From assembly GCA_039932335.1 (NCBI GenBank), contig JBDTQH010000030.1, positions 1,593 through 65,592 of the forward strand: 64,000 nucleotides of DNA, given 5' to 3'. The notes under the pieces were generated by a model. That model saw only the letters and a list, made by a program, of their open reading frames with translations. It had not been told where the DNA came from and did no database searches. Position numbers and translations under genes: made by a program. This stretch comes from Chloroflexota bacterium. Lineage in GTDB: Bacteria; Chloroflexota; Chloroflexia; QHBQ01; JADMIH01. This document shows, piece after piece, positions 8,053 through 15,646 of this stretch. Within the stretch, counting starts at the first letter, position 1; every line of letters starts with the position of its first letter.

Positions 8053-8916
8053 ATGCGTATAGCTATTACAGGAACAAGAGGAACACTGGGGCAGGCGCTT
8101 GTCCGCCATGCGGAGGCGGCGGGCCATACTCTACTGCATCTCAACAGGCCCGAATGCGATATAACCGACCCGGCGGCGGTCATGCAGGCTCTGGCTGCGT
8201 TCAAGCCTGATACCGTAATTCACCCTGCTGCCTACACGAATGTTGATGGGGCGGAAAGTGACCCTGCGGCAGCATTCGCCGTGAACGGGCTTGGCACGCG
8301 CAACCTCGCGCTGGCCTGCGTGGCGACTGACGCGCAACTGGTCTATGTCAGCACCAACATGGTTTTTTTCGACGAGACGCGCACAACGCCCTATATCGAG
8401 TTTGATACGCCCTGCCCGGTGGGCGTCTACGCGACATCCAAGCGCGCCGGGGAGATGTACGTGGAACATCTCATGCAGCGGTTTTACATAGCGCGCGTAT
8501 CGTGGCTATACGGCAAGCAGGGCGACAGCTTCATCCACAAGATTGTTCGAGCAGCCGACGCGAGAGGCGCGCTAGGCGTGGTGGCCGACGAAACAGCCAC
8601 GCCGACCTATGCCGAGGACCTTGCGGCAGCACTTCTCAAGCTGCAAGAGACAGGGCTTTATGGCTGGTATCACGCAGTCAACGAGGGCGAGTGTTCGCGG
8701 TTCGAGTATGCCCGCGAAATAATGCGCCTCACAGGCCGCGAGCACATTCCTATTAGCCCCACCGCTCTGGCGGATTTCAAGCGCCCGGCCCCGACTCCTC
8801 ATTACTCCACTATCAAGAACAGTGTGGGCGCACAGGCAGGCATCATACTTCGCCCCTGGCAAGACGCCCTTGCCGACTACCTGGCAGGCGTCGAGGCAGC
8901 AGGAACTCCCGGGTGA
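8053..8916 (+). CDS. rmlD: dTDP-4-dehydrorhamnose reductase
   Basis: 287 aa. N-terminal Rossmann motif MRIAITGTRGTLG. Overall RmlD-like pattern (YTNVDGAE, YATSKRAGE). Confidence 0.85.
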   Translation: MRIAITGTRGTLGQALVRHAEAAGHTLLHLNRPECDITDPAAVMQALAAFKPDTVIHPAAYTNVDGAESDPAAAFAVNGLGTRNLALACVATDAQLVYVSTNMVFFDETRTTPYIEFDTPCPVGVYATSKRAGEMYVEHLMQRFYIARVSWLYGKQGDSFIHKIVRAADARGALGVVADETATPTYAEDLAAALLKLQETGLYGWYHAVNEGECSRFEYAREIMRLTGREHIPISPTALADFKRPAPTPHYSTIKNSVGAQAGIILRPWQDALADYLAGVEAAGTPG

Positions 8917-8988
8917 TACCATGTTTCGCTGCAGGTGGTGTCGAGCAGACAGGGGCCTGCACAGGCAGAGGTGGGTGAGTAGAGCAAT

Positions 8989-10065
8989 ATGCCCGATTTA
9001 GCCAATCTGCCCGGCCAGATTACATCAGCGGGACTTAGCGCGCTGGGGTCCAGCGCGAATGCACACGCTCGCGTTTCCATCATAATACCCACCCGCAACG
9101 GTGCAGACCTGGTGCACGAGTGCCTTAATGCGCTCTGGCACCAGACCTTCCACGACTACGAGATCATAGTAGTTGATGATGCATCCACCGACAACACATA
9201 TGAGGTCCTGCTGGGCTATCCTGAGGTGAAGAAGATAGTCAGGCTGCCGGGGGAGCGGGGACACGGCTTCGTGGCGGCCGTGAACGCTGGGCTTGCCGAG
9301 GCAGTAGGGGATATCATCGTGTTGCTCAACAACGATGCCGTACCCGACCCCACCTGGCTTGAGGAATTGCTGGGCGGATTTGATAGGCACCCGGGGGCGT
9401 CAATGGCTGCGAGCAGGCTCATGCTCTACAGCAAGCCCGACCACTTTCACTCCACCGGCGACTACTATGGTCTCGACGGCGTGCCGAACAGCCGAGGCGT
9501 GTGGCAGCTTGACACCGGCCAGTACGACCAGGAAGAAGAAGTGTTTGGGCCGTGCGCCGCAGCCGCTGCCTACAAGCGCGACGTGCTGATAGACATAGCA
9601 GACTGCGGAGGGACAGAGCCACCAGGCAGCGTGCTCGACCCGCAGCTATGGATGTATTGCGAGGACGTTGACCTTAACCTGCGCGCCCGCCTGCGGGGCT
9701 ATCGCACAGTATATGTGCCGACGGCCAGGGTGTTGCACCGCCTCAGCGCAACGGGCGGCGGCGCACTGGCCTCCTACTATGTGGGGCGCAATTTCATCTA
9801 CCTGCTTGCAAAGGACATACCGGCCCGCATCATCCGGCGAAACATTGGCAGAATAGCGAAGGCGCAGGCACACTTCGCCCTGGAAGCGGTGCGCCACATA
9901 CGCTATCCCGCCTCCCGCGCACGCTTGAGGGGCATCATAGCAGGCCTGCTTACGTGGCCCCGCGTGCTCCCCGCCCGCAAGAGGCTGTGCGATACAGCCC
10001 GCATCACGCCGTCACAGTTCGAGCGCGTAATCACGAGATTCGGCGGTCGGGAGGCCGGCAAATAG
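8989..10065 (+). CDS. family 2 glycosyltransferase
   Basis: 358 aa. VSIIIPTRNGADLVHECLNALWHQTFHDYEIIVVDDASTDNT is a classic GT2 N-terminus. DxD-like NNDA motif. Confidence 0.85.
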   Translation: MPDLANLPGQITSAGLSALGSSANAHARVSIIIPTRNGADLVHECLNALWHQTFHDYEIIVVDDASTDNTYEVLLGYPEVKKIVRLPGERGHGFVAAVNAGLAEAVGDIIVLLNNDAVPDPTWLEELLGGFDRHPGASMAASRLMLYSKPDHFHSTGDYYGLDGVPNSRGVWQLDTGQYDQEEEVFGPCAAAAAYKRDVLIDIADCGGTEPPGSVLDPQLWMYCEDVDLNLRARLRGYRTVYVPTARVLHRLSATGGGALASYYVGRNFIYLLAKDIPARIIRRNIGRIAKAQAHFALEAVRHIRYPASRARLRGIIAGLLTWPRVLPARKRLCDTARITPSQFERVITRFGGREAGK

Positions 10066-10140
10066 GGGCTATGGCACGCTGTTTGCCGTAAGAAATCAGT
10101 GCGCCCTCTCTGGTCGGTCGGCCGTCAAACGTGGATAACC

Positions 10141-10169
10141 TTGCATAAATCGTGGTGTTAACGTATAAT
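10141..10169 (+). promoter_or_regulatory. sigma-70-type promoter upstream of greA
   Basis: TTGCAT (10141-10146), 17-nt spacer, TATAAT (10164-10169). Confidence 0.6.
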
Positions 10170-10195
10170 AGCGCAACCTACAGAGGTAACGCGAG

Positions 10196-10233
10196 CTGAG
10201 AGCGACCGCATAAGCGGGCATCTCAGTTTTTTT
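10196..10233 (+). terminator. intrinsic terminator-like hairpin inside the greA leader
   Basis: CTGAGA...CCGC-ATAA-GCGG...TCTCAG hairpin (10196-10226) followed by T7 (10227-10233). It ends 41 nt upstream of the greA ATG. Confidence 0.55.
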
Positions 10234-10274
10234 CTATCGCAGGCGCGGATAAAGGCGCCCAAAGAGGGAACATT

Positions 10275-10742
10275 ATGGTAATGGATAAGCCTGTTTACCT
10301 GACAGCTGAGGGCAAAGCCGCCCTTGAAGAAGAACTCAGCCACCTTAAGATGGTGCGCCGGCCGGAGGTCGCGGACCGCATCCAGCAAGCCAAGTTGGAC
10401 GGCGATGTCAGCGAGAGCGGTGAGTATGAGGACGCCAAGAACGAGCAGGCGTGGGTGGAAGGACGCATCCGCACGCTTCAACATATGCTGCAAAACTCGC
10501 GCATCTTCGAGGAAACTAAGAGCGACACGATTACGCTCGGCTCAACTGTGCATATACGTGATGGCGAAGGCACCGAGTACCATTGGAGAATGGTCGGCTC
10601 TGCCGAAGCCAACCCACGCCAGTCACGCATATCCAACGAATCACCCGTCGGTAAAGCGCTCATGGGCAAAAAGAAAGGCGAGAAAGTTAGCGTTGACACG
10701 CCAGGTGGTAAAGAAGAATTCAGCATCCTTAAAGTAGAATAG
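10275..10742 (+). CDS. greA: transcription elongation factor GreA
   Basis: 155 aa. LTAEGKAALEEELSHLKMVRRPEVADRIQQAKLDGDVSESGEYEDAKNEQ matches the GreA coiled-coil domain. The C-terminal domain ends in a VDTPGG motif. Confidence 0.9.
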   Translation: MVMDKPVYLTAEGKAALEEELSHLKMVRRPEVADRIQQAKLDGDVSESGEYEDAKNEQAWVEGRIRTLQHMLQNSRIFEETKSDTITLGSTVHIRDGEGTEYHWRMVGSAEANPRQSRISNESPVGKALMGKKKGEKVSVDTPGGKEEFSILKVE

Positions 10743-10774
10743 ATCCGGCGTTCCAGTGGACCGTAAACACGCAT

Positions 10775-10795
10775 GAACCGGCCCCTGGCCGGTTC
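10775..10795 (+). terminator. hairpin downstream of greA
   Basis: GAACCGGCC-CCT-GGCCGGTTC, a 9-bp stem. The downstream T-tract is weak (TAACTTTG). Confidence 0.4.
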
Positions 10796-10878
10796 TAACT
10801 TTGTCCGCTGCCTTTATGAGAGGGATCGTATACGGTCTACTTTCGTAAGCGCACCATGAGCAAGCTCGGGAGATTTAG

Positions 10879-12414
10879 ATGGCTGAAGATTACTTAACTG
10901 AATTAGATATGGGCGAGCAGGAGCAGATGAGGCTCGGCAAGCTCCAGGAAATGCGCGAGATGGGGCTTGACCCCTACCCGGCGCGCGCCAACCGCACGCA
11001 CGTGGCCAGGGACGCTATTGCTCAGTTTGAGGAATGGGAGGCGGTCCACGGAGGTTCGGAGGAAGCGCAAGCGGAGAACCCGCCGCCACAGGTGACGCTT
11101 GCCGGGCGCATGAGGCTGCGCCGCACAGGCGGCAAGGTTACATTCGCTCATATTGAGGATGAATCGGGGCGTGTGCAGCTTTACTTTCGCGTGAACGACC
11201 TGCAGATGCCGCCCTGGGATTACGACGCGGTAAATCGCCTGCTCGACCTGGGCGATTTTGTGCAGGCAAGCGGCTTCATGTTCCGCACACGCACAGGCGA
11301 AGCCACTCTGCACGTGCAGGAGTACATGCTGCTCTCGAAGGCGCTCCACCCGCTGCCTGACAAGTACCACGGTCTGTCGGACGTAGAGACACGCTATCGC
11401 CAGCGTTACCTCGACCTGATCGCCAACGAGGAGTCGCGAGATGTGTTCAAGGTGCGCGCCCGCTTTGTGTCGCACATCCGCACATTTTTAGATGCTCGCG
11501 GCTTTATGGAGGTCGAGACGCCGATTCTACAGCCTCTTTATGGCGGAGCGAGTGCGCGTCCCTTCACGACCCACCACAACGCCCTTGACCAGGACCTGTA
11601 TCTACGCATAGCCGATGAGCTTTACCTGAAGAGGCTTATTGTCGGCGGCTTTGAGCGAGTGTATGAGATCGGGCATGATTTCCGCAACGAAGGCATCGAT
11701 GTCAAGCATAACCCTGAGTTCACCATGCTCGAGTTGTACCAGGCATACGCCGATTACAATACGATGATGGAGACCCTAGAGGGGATGATATCGGAGATTG
11801 TGAAGGAAGTACACGGCGGCTACACGCTGGAATACCAGGGGCAGACGCTTGATTTCACGCCTCCGTGGCCGCGAGTCGACTGGCGAACTGCTCTCAGGGA
11901 ACAGTCGGGCATAGACATCGCGGACTACCCCGATACAAAGGAGCTGGTAAGAGTGGCGCGCGAGAAGGGTGTTGACGTAGAAACGGGCGCGAGCCGAAGC
12001 GCCGTGCTTGATGAGCTTCAGGGTCACTTCATAGAGCCTCTGCTGGTGCAGCCGTCGTTCTTGCTCGACTACCCTGTGGAAGTGTCGCCTCTTGCCAAGA
12101 AGAAGGAGGGCGATCCTGCCGTGGTGGAGCGGTTCGAGGCGTTCGTGGCGACCTTCGAGGTAGCCAACGCATTTTCCGAGCTAAACGACCCACTCGACCA
12201 GTACGACCGCTTCAAGGAGCAGGTAGAGGCAGGCAGGGGTGGCGACGAGGAAGCCCACCAGATGGACCGCGACTATATCACCGCCCTGATGATGGGTATG
12301 CCCCCCACAGGCGGTATGGGCGTTGGCATAGACCGCCTGACCATGGTTCTCACGGACAAGTATTCTATCCGCGATGTGATCCTATTCCCGCACATGAAGC
12401 GCATAGAAGAGTAA
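10879..12414 (+). CDS. lysS: lysine--tRNA ligase (class II)
   Basis: 511 aa. OB-fold N-domain and class II motifs (FMEVETPILQ, YEIGHDFRNEG, GMGVGIDRL). Confidence 0.95.
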   Translation: MAEDYLTELDMGEQEQMRLGKLQEMREMGLDPYPARANRTHVARDAIAQFEEWEAVHGGSEEAQAENPPPQVTLAGRMRLRRTGGKVTFAHIEDESGRVQLYFRVNDLQMPPWDYDAVNRLLDLGDFVQASGFMFRTRTGEATLHVQEYMLLSKALHPLPDKYHGLSDVETRYRQRYLDLIANEESRDVFKVRARFVSHIRTFLDARGFMEVETPILQPLYGGASARPFTTHHNALDQDLYLRIADELYLKRLIVGGFERVYEIGHDFRNEGIDVKHNPEFTMLELYQAYADYNTMMETLEGMISEIVKEVHGGYTLEYQGQTLDFTPPWPRVDWRTALREQSGIDIADYPDTKELVRVAREKGVDVETGASRSAVLDELQGHFIEPLLVQPSFLLDYPVEVSPLAKKKEGDPAVVERFEAFVATFEVANAFSELNDPLDQYDRFKEQVEAGRGGDEEAHQMDRDYITALMMGMPPTGGMGVGIDRLTMVLTDKYSIRDVILFPHMKRIEE

Positions 12415-12432
12415 GAATAGAGGGTAATAGAA

Positions 12433-12470
12433 GAGGGTGCCGGAAGTAGCCTCCGGCACTCTTTTTGTTT
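12433..12470 (+). terminator. intrinsic terminator after lysS
   Basis: GTGCCGGA(12437-12444)/TCCGGCAC(12452-12459) stem followed by CTTTTTGTTT. Confidence 0.6.
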
Positions 12471-12553
12471 CTTGTTCCGGTGGCCCATCTCTTGCATGTC
12501 TCAGGGGCGACAATAATAAAGTGTGTCCATATAAACACGCACGGAGTGTAGAG

Positions 12554-13579
12554 ATGGCCGATGTAAAAGAGAAAGTGCTGCCTGAGCATAACGTAAATAA
12601 GCCGCAAAACGGCGAACACGGAGTACCTGTGCACGAAAATGCACATGATAACCTGCCAGCGGGCACACGAGTGAAGGTAATAGTGAACCCGGCCTCGGGT
12701 AAGAAGGGTGGAATTACAACCAACGCAGCGGGGTCGGACGAAGTACGCCGGTTGCTGGAGATAAACGACATCGACGCGGATGTTGTAGAAACCGAGTACC
12801 CTGAGCACGCCACGGAACTTGCGAAAGCCGCCGCCAAAGATGGGTACGATATAGTTGTCGCCTGCGGTGGCGACGGCACAGTGGGCGAGGTGGCGAAGGC
12901 GCTTATCGGCAGCAGAAGAACAGCGCTGGGCATATTGCCGCTGGGCAGTGCGAATAATGTGGCGCGTATGATGAACGTGCCCTTCGATCTGGAAGGCGCT
13001 ACCGCTTTACTGCGCACAGGCAAGATTATCAATGCCGATGTAGGCCGCTGTAACGGCGAATACTTCCTTGAGACCGCGGGAGTGGGCCTTGATGCCGCGC
13101 TCTTCCCTATCTTAAACCAGGTGGATAAGGGTGAGTATATACGCCTGTGGGACGCTGTGAAGACACTCTTCAGGTTTCGCCCCAGAAGCGTCACGATGGT
13201 TGTAGGCAAGCGTGCTATCAGGATGAAGGCGCTGGTAGTGCTGGTTGCCAATGGCCCTTACTGGGGCTACTCAGTGCCCCTCGCGCCTGATGCGAAAGTG
13301 GACGATCAGAAGTTTGACGTGGTGGTGTTCCGCAACTTCAGCAAGACCGACTTTATGCGTCACATAGTCGGCTCGCTCATCCACCGCGACGACAAGCCCA
13401 ACCTGAACCCTTACCACAATCACCCCAAGCTGCGCACCTTCACCGCCCGCCGCGTCCAAATCTACGTATCAGACCGCAGGCCCTGGCCCGTCCACGCCGA
13501 CGCCCAACCGCGCGGCAAAACGCCCGCCATCATAGAGGTGGTGCCGGGGGCCTTGAGGGTGATTACGGGGAACGAGTGA
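12554..13579 (+). CDS. diacylglycerol kinase-family lipid kinase (YegS-like)
   Basis: I take the start at ATG 12554 (GGAG 7 nt upstream). The longer ORF from 12437 would overlap the lysS terminator. Motifs VIVNPASGKKGG and VACGGDGTVGEV. Confidence 0.8.
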   Translation: MADVKEKVLPEHNVNKPQNGEHGVPVHENAHDNLPAGTRVKVIVNPASGKKGGITTNAAGSDEVRRLLEINDIDADVVETEYPEHATELAKAAAKDGYDIVVACGGDGTVGEVAKALIGSRRTALGILPLGSANNVARMMNVPFDLEGATALLRTGKIINADVGRCNGEYFLETAGVGLDAALFPILNQVDKGEYIRLWDAVKTLFRFRPRSVTMVVGKRAIRMKALVVLVANGPYWGYSVPLAPDAKVDDQKFDVVVFRNFSKTDFMRHIVGSLIHRDDKPNLNPYHNHPKLRTFTARRVQIYVSDRRPWPVHADAQPRGKTPAIIEVVPGALRVITGNE

Positions 13580-13758
13580 GGCGGGGGGTGTGAGGTGTGA
13601 GGCGTGAAACGTGAGCTACTGCGTACTACGTATGACCGCCGACGGCAGACCGCAGACCGCCTGAGCGCCTGAGCGATTAGCCAAACTCAAATTAACCTTG
13701 GCGTTTCGATACCGTACTCACGTTTCACGTTTCACGCCTCACGCGCCTTACGTTTTAC
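13576..13758. repeat. composite heptamer-array element, copy D
   Basis: Left arm is GTGAGGC-type x6 (13576-13617), then ACTGCGT/ACTACGT, then the complement of the CGGCGGT core (13632-13659). Right arm is the complementary CTCACGT/TTCACGT x6 (13717-13758). Confidence 0.9.
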
Positions 13759-13761
13759 CAA

Positions 13762-14247
13762 TCACCACACCTTCTTCTCAAACCTGTCCCCGATGATGGG
13801 GTATTTGAACCGCTTGCCCAGTAGGACCATTATGGCGGCTACTATGCCGTAGAGTATGCTGGCGATGAACCAGATGGCGAAGATGACCAGGCCCCATACG
13901 ACCCAGCGTGCTAATTCAGCGCCGTTGCCTTGCAATATGCCAACAATCGAGAAGCCGCCACCCACGCCGAGCACTACTACGAACAGCAGGTTTATCAGCA
14001 ACACCGAGCATTGATAGCACCCTGCCTGCTCGGAGTGGAAACGCACCTCCGGCGAGCGCTTGCTGTAAAGCCAGATGATACCCGCGATTGCCAGCGACAC
14101 CAGAAAGCCGAAGCCCAGGAAGCCGAACGCGATAGCCCCATGCGCCAGCGCGGAGAGTGCCCGCTCTGTGCCCTGGTCGGCCAGGCTGGCAGCCTGGAGG
14201 GGCAGATTAGTGGGACGGTTGGGTGGAGGAGGGTAGGGTGTTTGCAT
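13762..14247 (-). CDS. small membrane protein (DUF4870-like)
   Basis: 161 aa with four predicted TM segments and a Pro-rich N-terminus. The ERALSALAHGAIAFGF pattern is seen in DUF4870-type proteins. Confidence 0.6.
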   Translation of the reverse strand: MQTPYPPPPNRPTNLPLQAASLADQGTERALSALAHGAIAFGFLGFGFLVSLAIAGIIWLYSKRSPEVRFHSEQAGCYQCSVLLINLLFVVVLGVGGGFSIVGILQGNGAELARWVVWGLVIFAIWFIASILYGIVAAIMVLLGKRFKYPIIGDRFEKKVW

Positions 14248-14293
14248 AAGGTTGTGGATGTCCTCTGTATCTCTTCAAGCGAATAGGTGAGGG

Positions 14294-14980
14294 TTACGCG
14301 CCCGGTTTGCTCGCCAGCATATAGACCCGCCGGCTTGGATACTCCACGTCGGGATATGGGTCGCGCTCGACCACGTCATCTATCAGAAAGCCGCCTGCCC
14401 GCAAGTATATCTCCATCTCCGGCGGTTCAAAGAAAGCAAAATCAAGCGAGACGGGGATGTCCCATAACTCGTCGCGGTGCATTTCCGAATCGCCTCTATG
14501 GAACGCGAGCAGCAGCAATCCACCGGGCTGCAAGACGCGGCGCATTCCGCGCAATACTGCCGCCACTTCTTCGCGAGGGATGTGAATGATGGAGTAAAAG
14601 GCCGCTATGCCTGCCAGCGACTCATCGGGTAAGTCAAGGCTACGCATATCGCCCTGCTGAAAGTCGATATCAGGGTTGGCCTGCTTCGCCTGCTCTAGCA
14701 TGGCGGGCGAAAGATCGATGCCAAAGGCATCAGCACCTCGCGAATGCAGATAGGCGGCCGCCTGTCCCGGCCCGCAGCCAAGATCCAGCACGCGGCCCTT
14801 CCCGGCCGTACGCTCGGCAAAGCGGTCAAGTACTTCGCGATCAAGAGGCTTGTGGTCGAACTCATGGAGGAATAACTCAGTGTGCGTGCCCGCCACGAGG
14901 TCGTAACTCTCCTGAGTGCGGGGTGCGCTTCTGTTTTGTTCCTGCTCTGCTGGCTGCGGCTGGTGTTTATCTCTCTGCAT
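14294..14980 (-). CDS. class I SAM-dependent methyltransferase
   Basis: 228 aa. Motif I VLDLGCGPG and post-I DLSPAML. Confidence 0.8.
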   Translation of the reverse strand: MQRDKHQPQPAEQEQNRSAPRTQESYDLVAGTHTELFLHEFDHKPLDREVLDRFAERTAGKGRVLDLGCGPGQAAAYLHSRGADAFGIDLSPAMLEQAKQANPDIDFQQGDMRSLDLPDESLAGIAAFYSIIHIPREEVAAVLRGMRRVLQPGGLLLLAFHRGDSEMHRDELWDIPVSLDFAFFEPPEMEIYLRAGGFLIDDVVERDPYPDVEYPSRRVYMLASKPGA

Positions 14981-15110
14981 GTCAGTGCTGCTCCCGAGGC
15001 TATAGTACCAAGTTAGTGTCTAAAGTTGTGATGAGGCTGCAGGCGCGCTCCCCTGACCGGGTACAAGTGAAGCGGTGGTGTGATGTCCGCGTTCCACCTC
15101 AAGTGGCAGG

Positions 15111-15212
15111 GGTTGACAGGGCGCTCCCTGTCCGGGGTCTTAGGGGTGTCCCCTAAGACTCCTCTTCCTTTTTGACCCCCCTCCCACATGTGGGAGGGGT
15201 TGGGGGTGGGTC
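15111..15212. repeat. G-rich mosaic repeat, copy 2
   Basis: GACAGGG-CGCT-CCCTGTC (15115-15132), CTTAGGGG-TGT-CCCCTAAG (15139-15157), palindrome CCCCTCCCACATGTGGGAGGGG (15178-15199), and G-run motif 15192-15210. Confidence 0.85.
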
Positions 15213-15275
15213 TCTCCTTACCTAGATGCCTGACTGCGCCACTCCTATTCTGAATATCGACGGTGCAAAACCCAC

Positions 15276-15305
15276 TTGACAACAGTCTAATCGATAGTTT
15301 ACTAT
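15276..15305 (+). promoter_or_regulatory. candidate promoter of the serine operon leader
   Basis: Perfect -35 TTGACA (15276-15281), 18-nt spacer, TACTAT (15300-15305). Confidence 0.4.
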
Positions 15306-15311
15306 ACGCAT

Positions 15312-15585
15312 AACAGAGAAAATAAGTCACAGGCGATCCTGCTTCGAACATTCCCTCGAAGTAGCCGCGCTTCGGAAACGTGAAACCGTCCAGCCAGCGA
15401 AGGCCGCGGTAGGCACGACTAAGTTGCGCCGGGGGCTCCCGTTACAGAGCTAGAGTGTGTCGGCAAGCAGAGACGCTGGGGCCGGAGCACTTGAAGAGGC
15501 TGCGACGGAGACGGAGCAGCGAACTGGGGTGGCACCACGGGCATTTGGCTCGTCCTCACAATGTTGAGGGCGGGCGATTTTGTTT
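15312..15585 (+). promoter_or_regulatory. T-box riboswitch leader with terminator/antiterminator
   Basis: T-box core GGGGUGGCACCACGGGC (15526-15542). Antiterminator: UGGGG(15525-29)/CCUCA(15554-58), 7-nt bulge UGGCACC (15530-36), ACGGGC(15537-42)/GCUCGU(15548-53). The competing terminator is GCUCGUCCUCA(15548-58)/UGAGGGCGGGC(15565-75) followed by GAUUUUGUUU. Confidence 0.75.
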
Positions 15586-15646
15586 AACTGGCTTGCTTTC
15601 CGGAGGCTCAGCGCACCGGCAGCCGGCACCCATGGAGGCCACTATT

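Noticed and set aside
10324-10737. 137-aa ORF in an alternative plus-strand frame inside greA.
   Set aside because: The greA frame carries the conserved Gre motifs. The alternative frame is Arg/Ser-rich with no RBS.
12437-12553. The longer start for the lipid-kinase gene at 12437.
   Set aside because: It would begin inside the lysS terminator hairpin. ATG 12554 has a GGAG RBS.
12382-13251. 289-aa antisense ORF opposite the lipid-kinase gene. Comparable long antisense ORFs are 888-1550, 3315-3998, 21996-22673, 24529-25134, 43024-43668, 53826-54614, 59904-60587 and 62914-63924.
   Set aside because: Each is fully overlapped by an opposite-strand CDS with clear family motifs. Their composition (Ser/Arg/Ala/Pro-rich) is typical of shadow ORFs in GC-rich DNA.
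15455-15646. The long N-terminal extension of the serA ORF (start at 15455).
   Set aside because: The extension would be translated through the T-box antiterminator and terminator. GGAGG precedes the ATG at 15647, where the dehydrogenase homology (MKILVTEPL) begins.
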